DNA from: Eledone cirrhosa
Taxonomy: Eukaryota
DNA: 64,000 nt
Direction: 5' to 3'
Assembly: GCA_964016885.1 (NCBI GenBank)
Contig: OZ024740.1
Coordinates: 430,342,001-430,406,000, forward strand
In this document: positions 50,114 through 62,755 of the stretch, piece after piece
Layout of the letters: each line of letters begins with the position of its first letter
Numbering within the stretch: the first letter of the stretch is position 1
Notes under the pieces: generated by a model
Seen by the model: the letters and a program-made list of their open reading frames with translations, nothing else
The model's database searches: none
What the model was told of the DNA's origin: nothing
Program-made: the position numbers and the translations under genes

Positions 50114-50351
50114 GTTGTTTTTTTTTGTTTAAAATAAATATTGGGCACAAAACCCCAATAAGCAGTTATTTAACCCCGAAGGGCCAAATAACGGGCAAAA
50201 AGACCCCTCTCACGAGGAGGAGGGTGTTTTTGTCTACAAGTCGGTTAAAGTTTTAAACAATTTACAATTGTTATAGTGTTCAAAATTTACAATACCTTAC
50301 AGAGCCGAGCCTCCGTCAACCATAGCATTCAATAATAATAATAATAATAAT

Positions 50352-51512
50352 GAAATTATTGTGTACAGTGCTCAGGTGCACTACAACTCATCAAAGGTGC
50401 ATGTATATTACATAGAATAATGTTCAAATGTCAGGAAAATGAACAGTGTATGAGTCATGAAATACTTGTGTGCGTGTGTATAGAGGGGGGGGGGGGCATC
50501 AGGTGCAGTGTTAGCTAATCTCAGGAAGCATATGTTTTTATTATACAAAGCATATAAATAAATTTACAGTAGAATAACATAACAAATATGTTTTAGATAT
50601 ATACATAAATAACATTACAAATGCTTAGATAACATTATAAATTGCTCGCGATTCTTTCGGAAGGATATATTCCTTTAATGTTGCAATATTAAAGAAAATG
50701 TAAAGGAAGGGGTGAACAACGGAGCCAACACCAGAGCAAAAGACAGCAGCGTCGCGAGGAGTACCGAGCAACCTCTCTAATGATTTTTGAGGCAAGTTTA
50801 ATAATGGTTTCTGATTTAGACACAAGGCCAGCAATTGTGGGTGAGAGGAAAAGTCGATTAAATTGACCTTAGTACTGGTACTTTATTTTATCGACCTTGT
50901 AAGGATGAAAGTCAAAGTTAACCTCGATGGGATTTCAACTCAGAATGTAAATGACCGTAACTATATGTCACAAAGCATGTTGTTCGACACTCTAACAGCC
51001 CTACCGTAACGAAATCTCTCACAACCCATATGAATAGACCAATTTTGTACTTTAATATTGAAGTCACTATTTACCTATGAATTTATAAGATTAAAGTATC
51101 GTTATTTTTCTCGGCACAGATACAAATCTACACGTAATTATGAAATAATTGTTTCTACTTTTGGCACAAGGTCAGCAATTATCCCAGTGTATTACTGGTA
51201 CTTTATTTTATCGACCCCGTAAGGATGAAAGGCAAAGTTAACCTCAGCGGGACGTAACTATGCTGGAAAGCTTGGCGTCCGACTCTCAACCGATACTGCC
51301 AATCCACCGCCCTTAGAATAATGTACAAAAGTCAGGAAAGTGAACAGTGAAAGAATCATGATACACACGCCACCACCACCATGGACACACACATGCATGC
51401 GTGTGTTTGAAGGGGGAATATCAGGTGTAGTGTTGGCGAATTTCGGGAATCATGGAAGTTTTGAAGGATGCAGTTGTTAGCTGTCGAGACACTGCATCCT
51501 TCAAAACCTCCA
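50352..51512 (-). mobile_element. Cluster of CR1-like 3' ends (50352-50530, 51316-51512) and MetaSINE-like copies (about 50806-51000, 51148-51314)
   Basis: Reverse-complement matches to 24900-25130 and 1811-2003. Confidence 0.7.
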
Positions 51513-52219
51513 TACCTCTACTAGATAAATAAGTTTTCCACCACTTCCGTGGTACATGTCCACGCACACATTTTGCACCTAGCGCAGTACAAACATTTAG
51601 TTACTTTTTTTTTACTGGTTTCTGTCATGAGACGGCGGCCATGCTAGAGAATCGCAGATCTGTCAACTCTCCCTGTCCGATGGGAGATCTCCCACACACC
51701 TTAGGGTGGGTGAGAGATGTCTTTTGTGAAAATGAGTATAGCTTTCTTTATGTAAAATCTCCCCCTTTTGCCTCATTTCTTCCCTTTTGGGGGCACTTTT
51801 TTCATGGTAGTCCCCGTTTGAGGTTTTAGAGATTGGCAGGTATGGAACCGTATTGAAAGGTTTTCATTGAATATATCCACCCTAATACTTATTTTTTCAT
51901 TCAATTTCATTTCTTTTCTTTTTTGTTTTTTTGTCTGGGTTTCATGTTACTTGAATTCACTTTAATATCTGTCATTTTATATATCATACTTACAATGAAA
52001 TGCTCCACCTCCTAAACAAATATATAACAAACTTATTTTTTCATCCAAATAGAAACTTTGGTGTCTTTGTTTCTTCAGACAAACAGTTTAGTTTCCTTAA
52101 TTTTTGTACCATATTTTTTCAGACGGTTTCCATTCCCTATATATTGAGTTTTAAAGTTGTTAACAATATAGCAAAACATTTCTGTATTTACCTAGGAATA
52201 ACAGTAAACATCCAAAAAA

Positions 52220-53514
52220 GATAACCTTTATCACATTCAAAGTGGGGTACATTATTAGTCTGGGATGATACTGTTGTGACACAATCTCCCATTAGAACCA
52301 GGGATAACCTTTATCTCATTCAAAGTGGGATACATTATTAGTCTGGGATGATACTGTTGTGACACAATCTCCCATTAGAACCAGGGATAACCTTTATCTC
52401 ATTCAAAGTGGGGTACATTATTAGTCTGAGATGATACTGTTGTGACACAATCTCCCATTAGAACCAGGGATAACCTTTATCTCATTCAAAGTGGGATACA
52501 TTATTAGTCTGGGATGATACTGTTGTGACACAATCTCCCATTAGAACCAGGGATAACCTTTATCTCATTCAAAGTGGGGTACATTATTAGTCTGAGATGA
52601 TACTGTTGTGACACAATCTCCCATTAGAACCAGGGATAACCTTTATCTCATTCAAAGTGGGGTACATTATTAGTCTGGGATGATACTGTTGTGACACAAT
52701 CTCCCATTAGAACCAGGGATAACCTTTATCTCATTCAAAGTGGGGTACATTATTAGTCTGGGATGATACTGTTGTGACACAATCTCCCATTAGAACCAGG
52801 GATAACCTTTATCTCATTCAAAGTGGGGTACATTATTAGTCTGAGATGATACTGTTGTGACACAATCTCCCATTAGAACCAGGGATAACCTTTATCTCAT
52901 TCAAAGTGGGATACATTATTAGTCTGAGATGATACTGTTGTGACACAATCTCCCATTAGAACCAGGGATAACCTTTATCTCATTCAAAGTGGGGTACATT
53001 ATTAGTCTGGGATGATACTGTTGTGACACAATCTCCCATTAGAACCAGGGATAACCTTTATCTCATTCAAAGTGGGGTACATTATTAGTCTGGGATGATA
53101 CTGTTGTGACACAATCTCCCATTAGAACCAGGGATAACCTTTATCTCATTCAAAGTGGGGTACATTATTAGTCTGGGATGATACTGTTGTGACACAATCT
53201 CCCATTAGAACCAGGGATAACCTTTATCTCATTCAAAGTGGGGTACATTATTAGTCTGGGATGATACTGTTGTGACACAATCTCCCATTAGAACCAGGGA
53301 TAACCTTTATCTCATTCAAAGTGGGGTACATTATTAGTCTGGGATGATACTGTTGTGACACAATCTCCCATTAGAACCAGGGATAACCTTTATCTCATTC
53401 AAAGTGGGGTACATTATTAGTCTGAGATGATACTGTTGTGACACAATCTCCCATTAGAACCAGGGATAACCTTTATCTCATTCAAAGTGGGATACATTAT
53501 TAGTCTGGGATGAT
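52220..53514. repeat. 83-bp minisatellite, about 15.5 near-identical copies
   Basis: Unit GGATAACCTTTATCTCATTCAAAGTGGGGTACATTATTAGTCTGGGATGATACTGTTGTGACACAATCTCCCATTAGAACCAG. Confidence 0.98.
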
Positions 53515-53519
53515 AATGT

Positions 53520-56204
53520 TCTACACCAGTACACTAAGGTACTACACCAGTATACTAAGGTATAACTACACCAGTATACTAAGGTACTACACCAGTGTAC
53601 TAAGGTATAACTACACCAGTATACTAAGGTATAACTACACAAGTGTACTGAGGTACCACTACAGTGTATTAAGGTATAACTACACCAGTATACTAAGGTA
53701 CTACACCAGTATACTAAGGTATAACTACACAAGTGTACTGAGGTACCACTACAGTGTATTAAGGTATAACTACACCAGTATACTAAGGTACTACACCAGT
53801 ATACTAAGGTATAACTACACAAGTGTACTGAGGTACCACTACAGTGTATTAAGGTATAACTACACCAGTATACTAAGGTACTACACCAGTATACTAAGGT
53901 ATAACTACACAAGTGTACTGAGGTACCACTACAGTGTATTAAGGTATAACTACACCAGTGTACTAAGTACTACACCAGTGTACTAAGGTATAACTACACC
54001 AGTATACTAAGGTACTACACCAGTGTAATAAGGTACTACACCAGTGTACTAAGGTATAACTACACAAGTGTACTGAGGTACCACTACAGTGTATTAAGGT
54101 ATAACTACACCAGTGTACTAAGTACTACACCAGTGTACTAAGGTATAACTACACCAGTATACTAAGGTACTACACCAGTGTAATAAGGTACTACACCAGT
54201 GTACTAAGGTATAACTACACCAGTGTACTAAGGTACTACAACAGTATACTAAGGTACTACACCAGGATACTAAGGTACTACACCAGTGTACTAAGTTACT
54301 ACACCAGTGTACTAAGGTACTACACCATTATACTAAGGTATGACTACCTCAGTGTACTAAGGTATAAATCCATCAGTATACTAATGTACTACACCAGTGC
54401 ACTAAGGTACTACACCAGTATACTAAGGTATAAGTACACCAGTGTACAAAGGTACTACACCAGTGTATTAAAGTACTACACCAGTGTACTAAGGTACTAC
54501 ACCAGTGTACTAAGGTATAGCTACACCAGTGTACTAAGGTATGACTACATCAGTGTACTAAGGTATAACTACATCAGTATACTAATGTACTTCACCAGTG
54601 CACTAAGGTACTACACCAGTATTACTAAGGTATAACTACAGCATTATACTAAGGTATTACTACACCAGTATACTAAAATACTACACAAGTACACTAAGAT
54701 GCTTCACCAGTATACTAAGGTACTACTCCAGTGTACTAAGGTATAACCACACCGGTATACTAAGGTATAACTACACCAGTATACTAAGGTACTATACCAC
54801 TATACTGAGGTATAACTACACCAGTGTACTAAGGTATAACTCCACCAGTGTACTAAGCTATAACCACACCACTATACTAAGGTACTATACCAGTATACTA
54901 AGGTATAACCACACCACTATACTAAGGTACTACACCAGTATACTAAGGTAGTACACCAGTGTACTAAGGTACTATACCAGTGTACTAAGGTATAACCACA
55001 CCGGTATACTAAGGTATAACTACACCAGTATACTAAGGTACTATACCACTATACTGAGGTATAACTACACCAGTGTACTAAGGTACTACACCAGTGTACT
55101 AAGGTATAACTCCACCAGTGTACTAAGCTATAACCACACCACTATACTAAGGTACTATACCAGTATACTAAGGTATAACCACACCACTATACTAAGGTAC
55201 TACACCAGTATACTAAGGTAGTACACCAGTGTACTAAGGTACTATACCAGTGTACTAAGGTATAACTACACCAGTGTACTAAGGTATAACTACACCAGTA
55301 TACTAGGGTGCTACACTAGTGTACTAAGGTACTACACCAGTGTACTAAGGTATAACTCCTCCAGTGTACTAAGGTATGACTACACCAGTGTACTAAGGTC
55401 ATACTACACCAGTATAGTAAGGTACTACACCAGTGTACTAAGGTATAACTAAACCAGTGTACTAAGGTATAACTACACCAGTATACTAAGGTACTACACC
55501 AGTTTACTAGAGTACTACATCAGTGTACTAAGTACTACACCAGTATACTAAGGTATAACTACACCGGTGTACTAAGATTCTACACCAGTATACTAAGGTA
55601 CTACACTAGTGAACTAAGGTACTACACCAGTATACTAAGGTACTACACCTTTGTACTAAGGTATAACTACATCAGTATACTAAGGTACTACACCAGTGTA
55701 CTAAGGTACTACACCAGTATACTAAGGTACCACACCAGTGTACTAAGGTACTGCACCAGTATACTAAGGTACTACACCAGTATACTAAGGTATAACTACA
55801 CCAGTATACTAAGATACTACACCAGTGTACTAAGGTATAACTACTCCAGTGTACTAAGGTATAACTACACCAGTGTACTAAGGTATAACTACACCAGTGT
55901 ACTAAGGTACTACACCAGTATTCTAAGGTACTACTCCAGTATGCTAAGGTACTACACCAGTGTACTAAGGTATAACTACACCAGTTCACTAATTTACTAC
56001 ACCAGTGTACTAAGGTATAACTACACCAGTACATTAAAGTACTACACCAGTCTACTAAGGTACTACACCAGTATACTAAAGTACTACACCAATGTACTAA
56101 GGTATAACTACATCAGTACACTAAAGTACTACACCAGCGTACTAAGCTATGACTACATCAGTATACTAAGCTATCACTACATCAGTGTACTAAGGTATAA
56201 CTAA
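53520..56204. repeat. 19/22-bp minisatellite (about 2.7 kb)
   Basis: ACTACACCAGT(G/A)TACTAAGGT with optional ATA; local multimeric periodicity. Confidence 0.95.
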
Positions 56205-56257
56205 GTCATCACGTGGTGGGGGGTACACGTTGTTACATACACATTCAGTGTTGCGTT

Positions 56258-56925
56258 ATACAGTGCTGTGTTACACAGTGTGTGAGTGATACATAAACAT
56301 ATACAGTGCTGTGTTACATAGTGTGTGAGTGATACATACACATACACAGTGCTGTGTTACACAGTGTGTGAGTGATACATACACATATACAGTGCTGTGT
56401 TACACAGTGTGTGAGTGATACATTCACATACACAGTGCTGTGTTACACAGTGTGTGAGTGATACATTCACATACACAGTGCTGTGTTACACAGTGTGTGA
56501 GTGATACATACACATACACAGTGCTGTGTTACACAGTGTGTGAGTGATACATACACATATACAGTGCTGTGTTACACAGTGTGTGAGTGATACATACACA
56601 TACAGTGCTGTGTTACACAGTGTGTGAGTGATACATACACATATACAGTGCTGTGTTACACAGTGTGTGAGCGATACATACACATACACAGTGTGTGAGT
56701 GAAACATACACACATACACAGTGCTGTGTTAGTGTGTGTGTGATACATACACATATACAGTGCTGTGTTACACAGTGTGTGAGTGATACATACACATACA
56801 CAGTGCTGTGTTACACAGTGTGTGAGTGATACATACACATACACTGTGTGAGTGAAACATACACATACACAGTGTGTGAGTGAAACATACACATACACAG
56901 TGTGTTAGTGATACATACACATACA
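56258..56925. repeat. 43-bp minisatellite, about 15 copies
   Basis: Unit ACAGTGCTGTGTTACACAGTGTGTGAGTGATACATACACATAT. Confidence 0.93.
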
Positions 56926-56967
56926 TAGTGTAGTAAACTGCATGTGTGTGGTTGACTGTGCAAGAAT

Positions 56968-57482
56968 AATTGTTTCTACTTTAGGCACAAGGCCAGCAAA
57001 TACCCAGTACATTACTGGTACTTTATTTTATCGACCCCGTAAGGATGAAAGGCAAGGTTAACATCGGTGGGATTTGAACTCAGTCCGTAAAGGGGTGTAA
57101 CTCTTTGCTACAAAGCATGGCGTCCGACTCTCTACTGATACTGCCATGTGCAAGAATAATATTACGCCATTTGTGTTGTCAATCAAACCCTTTACAATTA
57201 AACTCTACTGAATTATATACCTTGGATCTTAATTTCATAATGGTCATGTGAGTGCTCTCCCTTGGAAGCTTTCTACTAATACAGTCAAATGATAATTATT
57301 TCTACTTTTGGCACAAGGCCAGCAAATCACCAGTACATTACTGGTACTTTATTTTATCGACCCGGTAAGGATGAAAGACAAAGTTAACCTCGGCGGGATT
57401 TGAACTCATCATAAAGGTCCGTAACTCTATGCTGCGAAGCATGGCGTCTGACCCTCTACCGATACTGCCAATCTACTGCCCC
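56968..57482 (-). mobile_element. Two MetaSINE-like copies (56968-57146, 57293-57482)
   Basis: Reverse copies of the 1811-2003 family. Confidence 0.8.
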
Positions 57483-58136
57483 TTATGATAATGATGACAA
57501 TTATCTCTATATGAACACCAAATCACATTTCACTCTCTCTAAGTCCGTCCCTCCACTTGCTAACAGTTTTCTACAATCTTTGCGTATATCTCATGGGTTG
57601 AATCATTACGTTGTTTAACCTCAGATTATTCCTGATTAAACATACAAGTAATTATAATTTAAAAATTTCAAGTCATGACCTGGCATGTTTCTGGAATAGT
57701 TTATCTAGGTCTACAACAGTCAATGTTCAAGATTTGGTTGCTATTTCTAGTAGGTCAAGTGACCATATAGACGTTCTATAAATGTCGTAATTTACACAAG
57801 TAATGAGCATATACCAGACAGTATAGCCACATCATGCCTAAACATTTCCATCCCAGAGTAATTTGTGATAATACACAATCACTATTCTAATATTTCATAA
57901 TCCAGGGCAACAAATGCCTCTGATAGGACCTTTTGGAAGGAGTGTCTGAGGAATCTGTGCCCTTCCCAGGAATAAGTGAGCAAAGAAGAGTATTTAATAA
58001 TTCTGGTGAAGCATTGTTAGCGACTTGGTTGCAAGTGTGTAAAGGGAAATGACGACACAAAGGAATAAATTATGTAAAATGAATATAACAACTGTTAGTG
58101 TCTTTCTTTGAATGGTTAAAGTGACTTTTCCATGAT

Positions 58137-58420
58137 CCATGATCCTACTTTACTTTCAACACAAACTCTCAGATAACTTACCAATTCCATGATCCAACTT
58201 TACTTTCCTATTCCATGATCCTACTTTACTTTCAACACAAACTCTCAGATAACTTACCAATTCCATGATCCAACTTTACTTTCAACACAAACTCTCAGAT
58301 AACTTACCAATTCCATGATCCTACTTTACTTTCAACACAAACTCTCAGATAACTTACCAATTCCATGATCCTACTTTACTTTCAACACAAACTCTCAGAT
58401 CAAATCCCTTACCAATTCCA
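58137..58420. repeat. 50-bp tandem repeat, about 5 copies, just past the CCDC146 polyA signal
   Basis: Unit CCATGATCCTACTTTACTTTCAACACAAACTCTCAGATAACTTACCAATT. Confidence 0.9.
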
Positions 58421-58556
58421 ATCCAAATTTTTCATGTAAAATATAAATCTTTATTCTTGTTCTAACATTTCATACAAAACAATACTTAGTGTATACCTGA
58501 CTTGATAAAATAAATATAAAATAACTCTAGAGACATTTCAAAATGTTAAAGTTTCT

Positions 58557-58754
58557 TTAAATATCAATAGCAATTGGGTTTGGTTTACGAATATGTCTCA
58601 TATTAGAACCCAATTCTGTTGGTTTAAATGGTGCATGTTTACCATAAGGTTTTGGAAGAGGAAGATTATTATCGTCATCTGGTATATAGGCATTTGGTCT
58701 CTGTTCTGAAGTTGTGATAAGACTTCCTGGTTCTATTGTCTGTTCTTTCTCCAA
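58557..58754 (-). CDS. CCDC146: CCDC146 terminal coding exon
   Basis: ttcAG|TTG; [12 protein letters not shown]...[23 protein letters not shown] is the conserved CCDC146 C-terminus; AATAAA on minus at 58450-58455. Confidence 0.92.
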   Translation of the reverse strand: MEKEQTIEPGSLITTSEQRPNAYIPDDDNNLPLPKPYGKHAPFKPTELGSNMRHIRKPNPIAIDI

Positions 58755-59197
58755 CTGAAATAAAATGTTTTTCAGACTAAATCATATGTTAACCCTTTCA
58801 TTACGATATTTCTAATGAAAGACACTGCTAACAATTTTCAATTAATTTTGAAAATAATGAAGAATTTTGAGAGTTTTAGCGAAACAACTTTTACATTATT
58901 AAGTTTGGGTTTGAAACAACTTATAAAATTATGATGAAAGGTTTAAAATTAAATATGGACGCTTTAAAATGATTTTGTATCGTAGAAGCAAGGGTGGTTT
59001 CAGGGAGTTCAGTATCAGAAAGGTTAAATTTTCTGCTTACCTTAACACTAATATATTGTTCTATAAAAATTAAACTGTTCACAATACTATTCAGTTAAAA
59101 GAGAAACTAGTAAAGTCAGTTGTGTTTCAGAGTAAACATGGAGTATTGACATCTATAGATGTGTTGTAACAACAATATGTAAATATCTACTCAGGGC

Positions 59198-59546
59198 ATC
59201 ATCATTCATCATCATCATCATTTCATTTTACGTCCACTTTTCCCTGCTTGCAAGGGTGGGACTGGAACTGATTCTGGCTTGATTTCTACAGCTCGATGCC
59301 CTTCCTAACACCAATCTCATTTACAGTGAGTGCTGGGTGCTTTTTTGCCGTGGCACCTCCACGACCACTTTACAGTGGAATGATAGGGATCCCAGTCCCT
59401 ATCATCTCATTTCTACAGCTGAGTAAACTGGAGCAATGTGAAATAAAGTGTCTTGCTCAAGGAAACAACACATCACCCGGTCTAAGAATTGAACTCACAA
59501 CCTTTCAATTGCAAGGCCAATGCTCTAACCACTAAGCTATGTGCCT
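59198..59546 (-). mobile_element. tRNA-derived SINE with RTE tail
   Basis: Reverse near-copy of 30263-30612. Confidence 0.85.
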
Positions 59547-59569
59547 GCATCAACATATAAAATACCAAG

Positions 59570-60496
59570 TAGAGGCGTAACTAGGGCATAGCAAGCACGG
59601 AACATGAAATGGGTGCCACATGAAAGGGGGCACCACTTGGACTAGGAGCAGGTGATATGGGTGCCACTTGGACTAGGAGTACGTACCATGGGTGCCACAT
59701 GAACGGGGGCACCACTTGGACTAGGAGCACGTGCTATGGGTGCCACACGAATGGGGCACTACTTAGCCTCATCAGAGAGTGAAAAAAGAAACTCCTTCAG
59801 ATGTATGATCTGTCTCTATCATGGGTGAGAACACTATGGTGGCTGGATCATTAAACCATTTATATAAATTATAGACCTCCGTAGGTAAAGATAAAGATAC
59901 ATTGCTGGGCAGGGGCACAATTTCACTGCTTGCCATAGGGACTATTTTCCCTAGTTCTGCCTCTGAGCAGGGGTCACAATTTCACTGCTTGCCATAGGGA
60001 CTATTTTCCCTAGTTCTGCCTCTGAGCAGGGGTCACAATTTCACTGCTTGCCATAGGGGCTATTTTCCCTAGTTCTGCCTCTGGGCAGGGGTCACAATTT
60101 CACTGCTTGCCATAGGGGCTATTTTCCCTAGTTCTGCCTCTGGGCAGGGGTCACAATTTCACTGCTTGCCATAGAGGCTATTTTCCCTAGTTCTGCCTCT
60201 GGGCAGGGATCACAATTTCACTGCTTGCCATAGGGACTATTTTCCCTAGTTCTGCCTCTGAGCAGGGGTCACAATTTCACTGCTTGCCATAGGGGCTATT
60301 TTCCCTAGTTCTGCCTCTGGGCAGGGGTCACAATTTCACTGCTTGCCATAGGGGCTATTTTCCCTAGTTCTGCCTCTGGGCAGGGGTCACAATTTCACTG
60401 CTTGCCATAGGGGCTATTTTTCCTAGTTCTGCCTCTGGGCAGGGGTCACAATTTCACTGCTTGCCATAGGGGCTATTTTCCCTAGTTCTGCCTCTG
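59570..60496. mobile_element. hAT-like MITE whose right end is tandemly amplified (59 bp x 10, 59907-60496)
   Basis: Left end TAGAGGCGTAACTAGGG versus reverse complement of right end CAGAGGCAGAACTAGGG; flanks ATACCAAG (59562-59569) and ATACCCAG (60497-60504), a 7/8 TSD; subterminal GGGTGCCAC motifs. Confidence 0.78.
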
Positions 60497-60889
60497 ATAC
60501 CCAGGAATATCTTTTGCATGTAAAACCAAATAGTAAAGTGTGTACATATTTAATGTAGCAAGATTTTAGTAATATCCATTTTTTATTAATAAAAATGGAT
60601 ATTCAGGTAAAATTATTGAACAGTTTATATATTTCAGTCTGATATCATAAAAAGGGGACAAAGGTATGGGTATGGCTGTGAAATTAAAAGGTTTCCTTCA
60701 CAATTACAAGGCCCTAGGTTTGATCCTACTGTACTGCACCTTGGGCAAATGTCTTTTACTATAGCCTTACGTCTATCAATACCTTCCAAGTGGAACATGG
60801 TAGACAGAAATTGTGTGGAAGCCCATCATATTTCTAATCAATATATTACCTCCTTCAGTCCAGATCCAAACTATAAAACTACAACTCAC

Positions 60890-61138
60890 CCATTGCTTTT
60901 CCATTAACATAACCATTTTCCTTTGCTCATCATTCTTCATCTTCAGCCATTCCTGTTCTATCTCCTGTGATGGAGCCTCTCCTTGTTCCATTCGAGCATA
61001 ACACTTCTCCACTAACTCTTCCTGTTGTTTCAGTTCATGTTGCGACATTATTGCATTGGCCTGGTTCATGGACAGTTCCGCAGTCAGAGACATTATTTTG
61101 CGAGTCGTTTCTTTAATTTTATGTTGTATATCATTAAT
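60890..61138 (-). CDS. CCDC146: CCDC146 penultimate coding exon
   Basis: tttAG|ATT...TGG|GTgagt, 249 bp phase 0; INDIQHKIKETTRKIMSLTAELSMNQANA...EIEQEWLKM. Confidence 0.88.
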
Positions 61139-61266
61139 CTAAAACATAAAAAAAACCTTCATCACTTACACTGGCACAAATACTTCAATATGTGGAGGGC
61201 TGGTGAGGAGGGGAAGGAGGAGGAGGAAGAGGGGGGGGGGGGGAAGAAGAAGAAGAAGAAGAATAC

Positions 61267-61404
61267 GTTTTTAGCAAGCTTCAGTGTGTCTTCTTTTCCT
61301 GTCTGAATTTTGTGTTTTAGTCTGTCAAGAAGGTGAGTGATTTGCTTTGACAGAAGTTCTTTCTCCATTTGCTGTTTCTCAACACCAGCCAGTCGGATTT
61401 CCAA
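61267..61404 (-). CDS. CCDC146: CCDC146 internal coding exon
   Basis: ctAG|TTG...AAC|GTattc, 138 bp phase 0; LEIRLAGVEKQQMEKELL...GKEDTLKLAKN coiled coil. Confidence 0.87.
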
Positions 61405-61410
61405 CTAGAC

Positions 61411-62755
61411 AAATAAAACAGATATAAATGGAGTGAAATACAAAATTGTTAGAGTGATAAAACAGTTATAAATGGTATGAAATACAAAACCGTTAATATG
61501 ATAAAACAGATATAAATGGTGTGAAATACAAAACTGTTAAAGTGATAAAACAGATATAAATGGTATGAAATACAAAACCGTTAATATGATAAAACAGATA
61601 TAAATGGTGTGAAATACAAAACTGTTAAAGTGATAAAACAGATATAAATGGTGTGAAATACAAAACTGTTAAAGTGATAAAACAGATATAAATGGTATGA
61701 AATACAAAACCGTTAATATGATAAAACAGATATAAATGGTGTGAAATACAAAACTGTTAAAGTGATAAAACAGATATAAATGGTGTGAAATACAAAACTG
61801 TTAAAGTGATAAAACAGATATAAATGGTATGAAATACAAAACCGTTAATATGATAAAACAGATATAAATGGTGTGAAATACAAAACTGTTAAAGTGATAA
61901 AACAGATATAAATGGTGTGAAATACAAAACTGTTAAAGTGATAAAACAGATATAAATGGTATGAAATACAAAACCGTTAATATGATAAAACAGATATAAA
62001 TGGTGTGAAATACAAAACTGTTAAAGTGATAAAACAGATATAAATGGTGTGAAATACAAAACTGTTAAAGTGATAAAACAGATATAAATGGGGTAAAATA
62101 CAAAACTGTTAGACTGATAAAACATATAAATGGTATGAAATACAAAACTGTTAAAGTGATATCATCATCATCATCATCATCTTCGTTTAACGTCCATATT
62201 CCACGCTTTCATGGGTTTGGACGGGACTTTTCCCACTCGAGGCAAGAGTGGTTGTCTTGCTCGCATAGGACTGTCTGGCGGGATTTCTACGGCTGGATGC
62301 CCTTCCTAATACCAACCACGTTTACAGTGTTATCAACCACGTTTACCGTGTTGCCTACACGGCCACATTACAGCGTGGAATGTGTGTTTTTTTGTTGTGA
62401 CACCTACACGACCTCATTTGTTTCGGGCTGGATGTTGTGATACCAACATAACTTTACATTGAAAGGGGTGGTGTGGATGGGGTGGGGGTAGTGGGACGGG
62501 AGTGTATTTTGTTAGAGGTGCCTACTGACTGTAGTAGGTTTCACTTTGTACTTAGGTAAGGCGGGTCTTCTCTATTACTGTGTAGCGCCAAAGATCTCGG
62601 TCCAGTGACATTGTCTTGGAGAGGTGTAAGTGTGTGAGGTCGGAATTAAATGGTGTGAAATACAAAACTATTAAAGCGATAAAACAGATATAAATGGAGT
62701 GAAATACAAAACTGCTAGACTGATAAAACAGATATAAATAAAGTGAAATACAAAG
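61411..62755. repeat. 44-bp minisatellite at the CCDC146 intron 3' end, interrupted by an RTE fragment
   Basis: Unit AAAACAGATATAAATGGTGTGAAATACAAAACTGTTAAAGTGAT with A/B variants in an ABB pattern; resumes at about 62648. Confidence 0.93.
62161..62647 (-). mobile_element. RTE 3' fragment inserted in the 44-bp array
   Basis: Match to 26200-26680, (TGA)n tail. Confidence 0.87.

Larger units (their letters stand above)
44354..50330 (-). mobile_element. Full-length L1/Tx1-clade LINE (about 6 kb), decayed by frameshifts
   Basis: 5' UTR, ORF1 (50113-48007, CCHC knuckle CFPCGSKTHLRAFC), ORF2 (47980-44594: SINAHGL, ISET, VYAP, GDWN, SYLD, TDH; GKSPGLDG, RPITLLN, DQSKAFD, RQGCPLS, YSDD; C-terminal CPRC...H...C), AATAAA, (AAT)n on both sides. 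Confidence 0.93.

Noticed and set aside
53478-56898. Tyr/Thr/Cys-rich repetitive ORFs
   Set aside because: Translations of minisatellites; no splice or homology support and frequent stops in neighbouring units.
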